Assembly: GCA_009602725.1 (NCBI GenBank)
Contig: WELB01000013.1
Span: 482,462 to 502,461, forward strand
Length of the DNA: 20,000 nucleotides
From: Spirogloea muscicola
Taxonomy: Eukaryota
Direction: 5' to 3'
Below, piece by piece: positions 9,456 through 20,000 of this stretch. Numbering within the stretch: position 1 is the first letter of the stretch; each line of letters begins with the position of its first letter. Under the pieces are notes generated by a model. The model saw nothing but the letters and a program-made list of their open reading frames with translations. It was not told where the DNA came from and made no database searches. A program made the position numbers and the translations under genes.

Positions 9456-9868
9456 GGGCCAATCCATACCTGGTCGGTCGGTCGCGCCGAGGGGTACGTG
9501 TCGCGCGGCGGAATGGAATGACCGGGCTCACAACCTTGCGCGCCCGGTCGTGGTCACCCGCCACGGAGGCGCCACATCGGGCGCTGACTAGGACGTCTCT
9601 TGCCCCCGTTACAGAGGAAGAACGCGCCGTTTGCACATCTGGCGCTGACTAGGACGCCTTCAATCTCCGTTAAGGACGTAACGGCGCCGTGTGCCACGAG
9701 GGGGGGTGGTCAAGTTCCCGGCCCTCCCGAGGAGGGCCGACTTTTCGACCACCCCCCCTCCCGCCGTTCCGCACGCGTGCAGGCGGCATAGGCCTCCGTG
9801 GCGGCGACCGCCCCCTTGACCCGGCGGTCTAGAGAATCGTGACCGACCGACCAAGTGTGAATTGGCCC
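9456..9868. mobile_element. Non-autonomous PIF/Harbinger (Tourist-like) MITE, 413 bp
   Basis: 31-bp terminal inverted repeats: GGGCCAATCCATACCTGGTCGGTCGGTCGCG (9456-9486) versus the reverse complement of 9838-9868, 27/31 identical. A TAA target-site duplication lies at 9453-9455 and 9869-9871. There is no transposase ORF. An internal ~61-bp tandem duplication has CACATCKGGCGCTGACTAGGACG at 9573-9595 and 9634-9656. Confidence 0.88.
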
Positions 9869-10254
9869 TAAGCATCCATCCGCTTAAGCACATCGCAAGT
9901 CCAGTGAGGGTATGCTTCCAGCCCAGATGTGGCATGCCGGCAGCCTACTTGTCCTTTTTGCGACGTTGTGTGCAGCTTGCTTGTGGCGAGCTCAGGCTCA
10001 TGCTTTGCACCAGAAAGCTGGGAGGGGGCCTTGGTTGGTACCACAAGAGATTGTTAATTCCCGTCCCGTGTTCGGGCATCACTTAACAACCTCTATGTGC
10101 TGACTCGTGGTTACTGGGCGTGTCAGCTTAGCGGCAGGTAAAGTACATCTGACAATGTACTTGGCCACACAGGCCCTCTATCACTTAGTACACACTCCAG
10201 GCGCTGTAGTCTCTTGCTAGCTGTGTGATTATCAGTGGTAGACGTGCTCTCCCA

Positions 10255-11307
10255 ATGGGGGCAATGGGTGTGATTAGCCAGCCCGAAAAGCATTGACAAG
10301 GTTCGAAGGGGCCAAATTACGAAGGGGCCAAAAGCGCTATCTCAGAACTGGGGTAGGACGAACCGCATAATATCTACGAGTGAGGAGCCGCAGATCAGAA
10401 AGGCTAGCTGCCAGTTGACGCCATTCGGCCCTTTGGACTTGCTTGGCCGTTTCGCTGCAGTGATCTATGGCCCCCGCGCTGCACCTGCGTGCCAGAAAAG
10501 TCCTAGCTGCTGCCTCTGGCTCTGGCCAGGGGACCCGCTTCCAGGAGCCAAGATTCTCTGACCTGAGGCTGCTTAGCAGGGGTTACTGAGTGCTTCGTAG
10601 CTGCTTAGTTTCTTCTTGTACTTGTTTTTCTTCGTGCTTCCCCTGGCCCCTTCTAGTTTTTTGTTCATTCTTTTTTGGGCTGGCTTTTCTCAGACCCTAT
10701 CCTCAATGGGCGAGCCCTTCTACTTTGGACCTTGTTTATTCTTTCTGGGCTGGCCTCTCACAGCCAATGCCGTAAATTGGTAGAACAACGGTGAAGCTCT
10801 TCCGAAGGGGGCAAGGCCTAGGAAAGCCAGCCCACAAAAGAGAACAAAGGAGCCGAAAATTTATCAAGGCTGCCTGCTCAGCAATCCCTAGTCAGAAGCC
10901 GCAGTGGGAGAAGTTAGCAAATGGGAAAGGGGAATAGCATGAGTAAGCTCTTCCAAGGGGGCGAGGGCTGTGAGAAGGAAATGAGAAAAGTACTTGACAA
11001 GAAGGAAGCTCAACAGAAAGGACGAGGGCTGTGAAACCAGCAGTTATTCCGCGCTATGGCGATGGCTAAAAAGCCAGCCCGAGAATAACGGACAAGGTTC
11101 GAAGTGAAGGGCCGGAAGGTGGACTAAGGGAGGGGGGCGAGTGCTGTGAGACAGTAAGCTCATCCAAAGGAATGGAGTGAGTATTGAGTGATGGAGAACC
11201 TGAGAGGCCAAGTACAAAGAGATAAAGAATCTTCCAGTAGAAGACGACGGCTGGATTGGCCAGCCCGGAAAAGGAATGAACAAACTTCGAAGGGGCCAGA
11301 TAAGTGC

Positions 11308-11309
<2 letters not shown>
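10255..11309. repeat. Cluster of dispersed repeat family copies in both orientations
   Basis: Cores at 10277 (+), 10677 (-), 10747 (-), 10826 (+), 11073 (+) and 11259 (+). They share flanks AAGCTCTTCC, GGCTGTGAGA, A-rich GAATG(G/A)ACAA and TTCGAAGGGGCC. A further core is at 9254. Confidence 0.75.

Positions 11310-11405
<96 letters not shown>
11310..11405. repeat. (GA)n microsatellite running into the assembly gap
   Basis: About 48 perfect GA units. Confidence 0.98.
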
Positions 11406-11901
11406 NNNNNNNNNNNNNNNNNNNNNNNNNNNNNNNNNNNNNNNNNNNNNNNNNNNNNNNNNNNNNNNNNNNNNNNNNNNNNNNNNNNNNNNNNNNNNNN
11501 NNNNNNNNNNNNNNNNNNNNNNNNNNNNNNNNNNNNNNNNNNNNNNNNNNNNNNNNNNNNNNNNNNNNNNNNNNNNNNNNNNNNNNNNNNNNNNNNNNNN
11601 NNNNNNNNNNNNNNNNNNNNNNNNNNNNNNNNNNNNNNNNNNNNNNNNNNNNNNNNNNNNNNNNNNNNNNNNNNNNNNNNNNNNNNNNNNNNNNNNNNNN
11701 NNNNNNNNNNNNNNNNNNNNNNNNNNNNNNNNNNNNNNNNNNNNNNNNNNNNNNNNNNNNNNNNNNNNNNNNNNNNNNNNNNNNNNNNNNNNNNNNNNNN
11801 NNNNNNNNNNNNNNNNNNNNNNNNNNNNNNNNNNNNNNNNNNNNNNNNNNNNNNNNNNNNNNNNNNNNNNNNNNNNNNNNNNNNNNNNNNNNNNNNNNNN
11901 N
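11406..11901. other. Assembly gap (N run)
   Basis: 496 Ns between the (GA)n and (GGC)n tracts. It probably hides the SufB start codon. Confidence 1.
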
Positions 11902-14900
11902 AGCGGCGGCGGCGGCGGCGGCGCGCCGCCCGAGGCCTCGCCTCGCGGCAGGAGCTCGCTGAGCTTTGCGAGGAGCGCACACTTTGGCGCTGGGATAGGG
12001 CGAGCGGCGGCGAAGTGGCAGGGCCGCAGCTCCCGCCGCGGCGCTGCCGGAGCCGCGCGGTGCCAGGCTCCGGCGGAGGTCCTGGAGAAGGATGCGAGCC
12101 CGCCGCCGCCGGCCGCCAAGGCCAGGTCGCCCAGCAGCGACGAGACAATCGAGGTACTGGCCGGAGGCCGCAGCACCTTGCCTTGCTCTTAGCTCGCTTC
12201 CGCTCAGTAAAAGTCAATTTCGTCGTCGGCTTTAGCGGTAGCCCGTGCGACTCATACCACCATCTACACCCGCTGTCTCTCCCCATCATCTTACCCCATG
12301 GCCTGGCTCATGGCAACCAGGCCTTCCTGAAGCGCGACTACAAGTGGGGCTTCGTGTCGGACATTGAGTCGGTGACCATCCCCAAGGGCCTGTCGGAGGA
12401 GACGGTTCGGCTCATCTCCGCCAAGAAGCGGGAGCCCGAGTGGATGCTCGACTTCCGCCTCCGCGCCTACCGCCACTGGCTCACCATGACGGAGCCCACG
12501 TGGTCTGACAACAAGTACCCCCACATCAACTTCCAGGTCTGTAAGCACAACCTTGGTCTCTGCTGCCGCGCTATGCGGCACAGTTGGGCAAAGCTAAGGC
12601 TAGTAAGGAGCTTGGCAGGCAGTGCCAGAGTGTGCAGAGACGCGCAGATTGCCTGCCTGGCATGGGAGAGTGTCTGTGGGTTCCGATTCAGTCCTGCCGG
12701 CGGTGTGGGCATGCTGAGTTAGCATGTCAAGCTTGCTAGTGGCGACCATGCCAAGCCTACCGAAGGCCTGTAGCTTACCGTTCGAGAGTATGTCTCCTCC
12801 TGAGAATGCTGTGACGGTAGTTTCTTCTGTTTTGCACGCAGGACTTGGCATACTACTCGGAGCCCAAGATGAAGGATAAGAAGGCGAGCCTGGACGAGGT
12901 GGATCCCGAGCTCCTGCGGACGTTTGACAAACTCGGCATTTCGCTCAACGAGCAGAAGCGCCTGGCCAACGTTGCTGTGGACGCTGTCTTTGACAGCGTT
13001 TCCATCGCGACGACGTTCCGGGAGGAGCTTGGCAAGGCGGGCGTCATCTTCTGCTCCATCTCGGAGGCCGTGAGGGAGTACCCAGACATTGTCCGTAAGT
13101 ACCTGGGAAAGGTGGTCCCAATTGCGGACAACTATTACGCCGCTCTTAACTCTGCCGTTTTCAGGTAAGCAAGGCATATACCGCCTTCTTCGCTGCTTTG
13201 ATGTCTTTGTGGGCGTTACTTCGTTGGAAGCCAGAGATTGGCAGAGCTTAGTGAGAGCCCTGGCGAGCTACTCCATGAAACAGTCATCAACTGCTTTGGT
13301 GCAGTGACGGCTCCTTCTGCTACATCCCCAAAGACACTGTGTCGCCCATGGAGCTCTCTACCTACTTCCGTATCAACGCCAGCGAGACCGGGCAGTTTGA
13401 GCGCACCCTCATTGTTGCTGACGACAACAGTTATGTCAGCTACCTCGAGGGCTGCACGGCACCTGCATACGACAAGAATCAGGTGTGGAGAAAGAAAGCA
13501 CCAGCTACATTTCTGGTACTAAAGCATGAGACCTGTATTGATGGACGGTGTGCACAGTACTTGATGATCCTGGGTCACAGTACAGTTTCATTTTCACATA
13601 GCAGAGCACATAGTTGAGGTGCTGTGTGCAGACAGAAATTTATGAATCTTGCACTGCTCACAAATATTGATCCCAACTTGTTTGTCGCGTTTGCAGCTCC
13701 ATGCAGCGGTAGTAGAGCTATATGCGGGTGAGGGTGCAGAGATCAAGTACTCTACAGTGCAGAACTGGTATGCAGGAGATGCGAATGGTGCTGGGGGTAT
13801 TTACAACTTTGTCACCAAGCGGGGCCTTTGCGATGGCAAGAGCTCAAAGATATCGTGGACACAGGTAACCTTCTGACAAAGTCGTGACTTCCACTTGATG
13901 CTGTCTGCAGATTGGCCTATGCTCCCGTGAAGCCTCCTTCTCTTGCTTGTTGCACGGTAGCACATTCTTTTGGCGTGCCACTGTTAGGCAGCAGAGGCTT
14001 GACCCATCGCTTCACCGCTTGCTGCTCAGTGCATGGCCTCCTCTTTCTGCAGGTAGAGACTGGGTCAGCGATCACGTGGAAGTACCCCTCAGTTATCCTC
14101 AAGGGGGACGGCAGCAAGGGCGAGTTCTACTCCGTGGCCCTCACGAACAACCGGCAGCAAGCTGACACGGGCACCAAGATGATTCACGTCGGGAAGAACA
14201 CCCGGTCAAGGATTGTCTCTAAGGGCATCTCAGCTGGCAATTCGTTGAATTGCTACAGAGGCTTGGTCCAGGTGAGCAACTACCCCTCGCCTACGACAGT
14301 TGTCAGTGATTCTAAAAGCAGGCAGTGATTCTAACAGCACAGCTGACCACCTCATCTGCAATATAGATGGACAGGCCGAGTCTTATTTCAGTTTGCAGCT
14401 AGTGACTCCAGCAGTGTGCAATGATTTGCAGATTCAACCGAGTGCCCACGGTGCGCGCAACCACTCCCAGTGTGATTCCATGCTTATTGGAGACCAGGCG
14501 GGCGCCAACACCTATCCATACATACAGGTGTGTAGCTATCTCATGCTTGTTCCCTTGCTGTCATTCCTCTTTCTTATAGACTGAAGCACTTGCCGTGCTG
14601 CCCATTCAAGTTGTTCTGCTTGTTGCTCCTTACTCAGTTACTGTGTGCTACTTGCGTTTGTAAGCTTGGCCTCGACAATCGCTCTGTATCCTGTTTGACT
14701 TCTGTTTGACTTCTGGAACTATGTCCATGGTTTCTGTGCTGACCAAAGTCGTCAGGATTTGCTGTTGTGACTTTCTAGGTCAAGGACCCAACTGCGCGTG
14801 TTGAGCATGAGGCGTCCACATCGAAGATTGGCGAGGACCAGCTGTTCTACTTCCAGCAGCGGGGCATAGACGCTGAGAAGGCTGTCGGAATGATCATCTC

Positions 14901-14997
14901 CGGGTTTTGCAGAGAGGTCTTTAATGAGCTACCGCTTGAATTTGCTGCGGAGGTCAACCAACTAATGAGCCTGAAACTTGAGGGCAGCGTTGGTTAG
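11902..14997 (+). CDS. SUFB: Fe-S cluster assembly scaffold SufB (ABCI8/NAP1/Ycf24 family), nuclear-encoded with a plastid transit peptide; 5' end in gap
   Basis: Exons (+): <11902-12153, 12321-12536, 12842-13164, 13305-13482, 13697-13864, 14053-14271, 14432-14527, 14779-14997. All are GT-AG and phase-compatible. Motifs: YKWGF...[117 protein letters not shown] and the C-terminus LKLEGSVG*. Exon 1 is Ser/Arg/Ala-rich like a transit peptide. Confidence 0.97.
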
Positions 14998-15862
14998 AGG
15001 CCAGCAGCAAGCTAGAAGATGTTTCCTGCACATGGCCTGAGACGGGCTTCCATTGCAGGATATAGCTGAAGTCTTGGTGCTTCAGTGTCCGGACAGAAAT
15101 ACTGGGAATGCGAGGTAGCATACCAAGGTGCTGTCCACCAGTGAGACGAAATGTGTTCAACTGTATAATACATCAATTGAGCAACATGACCTGTTGGCTG
15201 ACCTATTTCCCCAAATTGTCAGAATCTTCATGGGTCCTTTGATCATTTTCATTGATATTTGTGTAGATGCACAACTTCTTTCACGAGCAGGCTCGGGCCA
15301 CTACACCAAGTGTTGCTGCCTTTTGACTTGAGGCATAGGGATTGCATCTCTGGGTGGTTGCAATGTACATAAAGCGTCATGGATCAAGCATACCTGGTGA
15401 CTGTCTGCTATACAGTAGAATTGACACTTTCTGCACTTGAGAAGGCGCAACGGCACCTGCGCTTAGGACACCTAGGCATGCCTCATTTTGCCACTACTCG
15501 GTGGACAAAGAATGAAAGAATCTAGTGATCGAGGAAGTATACCAGTCATCCTACTCTCAAGAGCTCGCAGAGGCGATGGTGCTGATTGCATAGCTTATCT
15601 ACAAACCGAGTGTGGGTGCTTAAAGATGCTACCTTCTGGCGTATGTGGCGGTTGCAAGTTGACCTCAGTGTAGCAGAAGACGGAAGTTGTCCGCTACGTT
15701 GGTGGAGCCTTGGCATGTGGGAGGATGTCCACTGAAGGAAAAAGAATGTGACAGCCCGACATGAGATCGACCAGACTGGCAATGCCTGTTACAATGTCAA
15801 TAGAGAATGGTTTTTACTGTGTACATACAAAACGATCTACGCGCCCTCACGGCACCAGGACC

Positions 15863-17867
15863 TCAGGGCTGCACAAGGGCGACCCCGAGCTGAGGCTCAG
15901 CATTCTCCATCAGCTCCTCTGTTGGGCTCTGCCCTGGCCGCTGGTCCACTTCTGATGAGCCGGCTATGCCCTCATGGCTGTCGAGAACCTTCATGTCCAG
16001 GCCTTCTGCCCAAGCATCGCCATTCTCTGACACATCATTCTCTTTCGTGACCTCGTCCATGGGCCTCTCGTTCTGGAAGGCGTCATCGGTAGCCAAGCCC
16101 AGCCCCTCCACCTCTGCAGCGCGGGTATCAGTGGCCCCCAGCATTGAATGCTTCTCCACTTTGACTCTCACCTGCAACAGCTTGTCGCCTCCCTCTGCCA
16201 TACCCTGCAGCACCTCCTGTGGACCTTCTTCATCGCCAATGGGCAGCTGGGCTGCACTCGTGCAGGTCTTTGCTCCGTCTTCGAGCGCAGCTTCAGGCAG
16301 ATGAGCATGCAAACCAGATGCATCTGTAGTGGAGTCGAGCTTCTCTACCTGGCGAACCCCTTCTGCATCAGCTTTCTTTGCATCCTGGTGGGACGTAATC
16401 ACAGGGAGGGTGACTGATAGGGGGATGTGCACTTTGGACGGGTCAAAGGGCACAAGGAGGACGCCACTTTGGGTTTTCAGTGTGAAAAGATCCTTTTCTG
16501 GCTTTCTGTAAGCTGCAATGGCGGCCTACACAGGCACAGAGTTCAAGTGCCCAGTCAGCATGGCCTTCACTGTCTTAGGTCCTTCAAGAGCACAGTATCA
16601 AATGTGCATGGCGCTTGTTTGTAGCACTGACACTGAAGGATATGCAAGCATGACTACAGATTGTAATGGTAAGCATGGTAAGAATGTAAAGAATGCTTGA
16701 TGTTTGCCGACAATCATTGTATCACAGGCAAGAATATACCTGATATGCCGCATCCTGCAGCAACAGACTGGATGCTGAGCTGCCTGATGTGTACTTGGCT
16801 AGTATTGACCGATGGGACAGGGCCTGCTGGCACATCAAATATCTGAATTGGTCACTGCATCTGATGCACTGACCTCACCAAAGTGGTGAGAAATGGACTG
16901 CTGAGGTGTGCAGCTGGTCATATGGCAATAAGCAGATATGGTCTATGATGTCATAAGACGATGGGGTTCACCATTAGGTACTCCGTGTGCTAATGTTGTG
17001 GCCCATTAGAAACAGATGATGGCTACAAGCCCCTAACATGCTACACTTGAAGCTAGGCTGAAGCACTGTGGAGCGGCATCCAAGCTCCAAGCACAGCATT
17101 GAGAGCTTTCCAAGAACCTTGCATTGACACCTTGGCCAAGGAGGAAATGTGATGTTTGATAAAGTCCAACGGAGACACCAATGCTGAATCTTGTGGCCCA
17201 AATTGCTCACCATATGGTCCAGGTCATTGTCAGTGTCCTCGGCATCGTCCTCCACGACAGCCTCCGTGGGACTGAGGAGGCTCCTGACTCTTCTCAGGAG
17301 CTCCGGGCCAGCGAGCTCTGCAGAGATGGGGAAACCGGCCAGCAGCTCCTTGAGCGCTGCCGCAGAGGACCTGCGTATGCCGCCCTGGCGCTCATCCTGC
17401 CGGCCCGCCACGCGCCGGAAAGGTGGAGGTGGGCCTGCCAGGGCTTGCTGGCCACCAGGCCCCTCTGCTGGCGCGCGGCCGCCATGCCACGCGCCCAGGT
17501 CGCCACCGCCTCCGCCACTCCGCCGCTGCTGCTGCGGCGGCCGTGGCTGCTGCTGCTGCTGGTCCAGTGGCCCCCACCATGCCGGTGGGAATGGTGGACC
17601 GCCAGGCGGGGGCACCATGGGGCCACCTCTGGGGCCACCCCGGGGCCCACCACCCCAGGGGCCACCGCGCAGCCACGGTCCACCGCCACGGCCGCCCATC
17701 GAGCCGCTGCCCCACTCCGGCCGCCGCATCATCGGGTGCTCCCAGTTGCCGCCGCCGCCGCCGCCGCCACCGAACGAGCCATCGGCGTAGCCGCCGTCCA
17801 TGCCCATGCCCATGCCGGGGCCCATGCCGAAGCCCATGCCGGGGCCCATGCCAAAGCCCATGCCGAG

Positions 17868-17898
<31 letters not shown>

Positions 17899-20000
17899 CC
17901 GCGGCCCATCAGGTGCGGTGGCCGCGGCCGGAAGGGCGGCACGCCGAGACCACCAAGCGCCGCTGGGCCAAACGGCGGTGGGAAGTGAGGGCCGGTCGAG
18001 CCGACGGGGCCCTGGCCCCACAGCCCCAGCCCGATGCCAGGCTCCATGACGGGCGGCGGCTGCTTGCGGCCCTTGCGCTTGCTGGGGCCGTCAGCCCCCG
18101 GCTCCAGCTCGCCGGGCGGCGCCAGCAACTGAGGGGGCGGCGGCAGCGGCGCAAGCGCCGGGAGAGGCAGCGGCGCCAGCGGCGGCGGCCGCAGCAGGAG
18201 CGGGCTGGGCAGCAGCGGCCGGGGCTTGCCGTGCCTGCCCCGTGCGGCCACCTCGTCCTCGTCCTCACTCCCCTCTCCAACTCCCTCCTCCTCGTCCTCC
18301 TCCTCCTCATCCTCCTCCTCCTGATCCTCCTCCACGTCCTCCTCCTCCTCTTCTCTCTGCTCCTCCACGTCCTCGTCATCCCCTGCCGCCTCGTCCTCGT
18401 CCAGGCCGCCTTGCTTCAGCGGCCTGCCATGGCGCACCTGCCGTGCTGCGCCGCTTAGGCGCGCCTCCTCCTCGTCGGTCCATGGGAAGCCCTCCACTCG
18501 CTCGTCGTACTGCTGCCGCTCCTGGTGGTCATGGCCCCCCGCATAGTCGCCCTGCTGCTTCCGTTGGTAGCTACGCATCTCCTCCTCATACTGCCGCCGG
18601 CGTCGCGTGTCACTGCCATCGCTGAACGCCTGTTCCAAGCCTCTACCGCCGCCGCCCTCGTAATGCGGAGAGCTGACATGAGGACGTCTCGACCTTTGCC
18701 GCATACTGTGCTGCTGGGATGGGGACTCATGCCTCCTTGAGGCCAGCGGCAGCCCCCTGCTGTCGTGCCGCTGCGGCAGCTCCGACGGGTGTTCGACCTT
18801 GTGAAAGTCTCGGCTGTCGCCGACATGCACAGGCCCGTCGCCCCTCCTTGAGTGGCTGACCTGCTCGCGCATTCCATGCTGGGCGTGCCGGTCATCCTCC
18901 TCCTGTCTGGTGCGGCTCCTCGACCTGCGATTGCCGCCGTCATTGGCACCGTGCATGCTCCAATCGCCTCTTCCATGAGCATCAGCAACAGCAGGGCCCC
19001 TCCGGTCGATCTGAACGTAGTCATGCTCCTCAGGCACCAACTCGTCTCGTTGCCTGGCCGCAAGACGAGCATGGCATCAGACGATATTGACAACACATGC
19101 GGCAGAAAGTCATCATGCCCAGTACGACTACTTGCCTGGCTACATCTCGTCGCAAGCAGGTGTTGACTGAAAGTCCGCAACCCACAGCAGTGAAGCTGCC
19201 CGAAATTGTTGTGAATGAGCTTTAGAAGCAACGAGCTTCACTGCTGTGCCTGGCGTTCCTTTGATAACAGTTGATAAATAGCAGTGGCCGCTCTTTGCTG
19301 ATGTTGCTGTAGTCTGTCCGCCTCTAAGCCAAAACAGATAGATGCCGAGACCAATTGTGGGGGAATGAGAGCAGCTCTGCTCCATCTCACCTATGAGCAG
19401 CCCTGTTGAAGCGGCCGTCACCCTCTGACAGCAGCCGCTCCTGCTCGCGGCCCCTCCCCGGCCCCTTCTCCCTCGCCCTCTCCCTCTCCACTTCCCACGA
19501 CCTGTCTTGCTGCCTGTCCCTGTCCTTCTCAGCTCGCCTCTCCCTCTCCCAGCCTCCCTCGCGCTCTCTCCCCCTCTCCTCCCTCTCCCGCCCCCTTCCC
19601 CTCTCCAGCTGCCGCTCTTGCGCTACCTCCCTCTCTTTCTGCCTCTCCTTCTCCCTCTCCCTCTCCCTCTCCCGCTCCTCCTGCTCATGCTCCTTCTCCC
19701 TCTCCCTCTCCCTCTCCCACAGCTTCTCCTCCCTCATACGCACCCTCTCCAGCCTCTCAATCTCCTTCTCCCTCTCCTTCTCCCTCACCCTCTCCCTCTC
19801 CCTCTCCCCGGCCCTCTCCCTCTCCCGCTCTCGCTCCCGCTCCCTTTCGCGCTCTCGCTCGCGCTCGCGCTCCTTCTCCCTCCCCCTCTCCTTCTCTCGC
19901 TCTCTCCCTCTCCCAGGCCTCTCCCTCTCCCTCTCCCTCTCCCCCTCTCGCTGTCGATGCCTTCGTGCATCCTCCCTGCCAGGCTCATCGCCTCGGTAAT
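15863..20000 (-). CDS. ZC3H13: Large low-complexity nuclear protein, probable ZC3H13/Flacc/HIZ2 homologue (m6A writer complex adaptor); 5'-truncated by the window
   Basis: Exons (-): >20000-19391 (RE/ER-rich), 19053-17211 (R/H-rich, poly-E/D, Pro/Gly- and GM-rich, then [24 protein letters not shown]), and 16525-15863 (AAIAAYRK..., acidic tail, TGA). The junctions are GT-AG and phase-compatible. The gene model is solid. The family call rests on the motif IS..LAG.EL...V plus the spliced L.HMAA...RK resembling the recalled ZC3H13 C-terminal domain, together with the RE-repeat architecture. Confidence 0.65.
17799..17898 (-). repeat. (GCCCAT)n-based coding tandem repeat encoding a Gly-Met tract
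   Basis: Translates as [34 protein letters not shown]. Confidence 0.85.
19440..19950 (-). repeat. (CTCTCC)n-like low-complexity coding tract encoding Arg/Glu dipeptide repeats
   Basis: Pyrimidine-rich on +, translated as ERERERE on - in an uninterrupted frame. Confidence 0.85.

Noticed and set aside
6185..11309. Repeat units as a CRISPR-like array or tRNA genes
   Set aside because: The context is eukaryotic, the copies are highly degenerate with irregular spacing and mixed orientation, and there are no cas genes. No cloverleaf can be folded around GGTTCGAA.
8021..12722. Long ORFs in the track spanning N runs and the (GA)n tract
   Set aside because: These are artefacts of translating through gaps and microsatellites.
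12321..14997. SufB as bacterial contamination, recent HGT, or intein-containing
   Set aside because: It has seven spliceosomal introns and a transit-peptide-like exon 1, which is the normal nuclear-encoded state in green plants. There is no large in-frame insertion.
17181..19999. Long plus-strand ORFs (425 aa, 197 aa and others) antisense to the ZC3H13-like exons
   Set aside because: These are shadow ORFs of GC-rich low-complexity coding sequence. Splice signals support only the minus strand.

Overview
Eukaryotic, GC-rich, intron-containing draft-assembly DNA. It has two ~500-bp N gaps and one single-N gap. The gene content suggests a green-plant lineage, most likely a streptophyte alga (inferred from a GIF gene and a nuclear SufB with a transit peptide). 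I reconstructed five protein-coding genes by hand using phase-compatible GT-AG junctions. (1) A linker histone H1 (+) with an AT-hook in its tail. (2) A 9-exon RBM41-like minor-spliceosome RRM protein (-). (3) A GRF-interacting factor GIF/SS18 homologue (-) with polyQ; its first exon is probably in a gap. (4) An 8-exon plastid-targeted Fe-S scaffold SufB (+); its start is in a gap. (5) The 3' part of a large low-complexity protein (-) carrying the C-terminal motif of ZC3H13/Flacc/HIZ2, an m6A-writer adaptor. Intergenic DNA holds about 12 copies of a degenerate dispersed repeat (core GCCAGCCC), a 413-bp PIF/Harbinger-type MITE with a TAA target-site duplication nested in that repeat, a 30-bp perfect palindrome and microsatellites. 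The main leads are the RBM41 orthologue in a plant-lineage genome, the ZC3H13 'bridge' sequence, and a 20-bp pre-mRNA stem covering one of two in-frame 3' splice sites in the last GIF intron. All homology calls rest on recalled reference sequences, not database searches.
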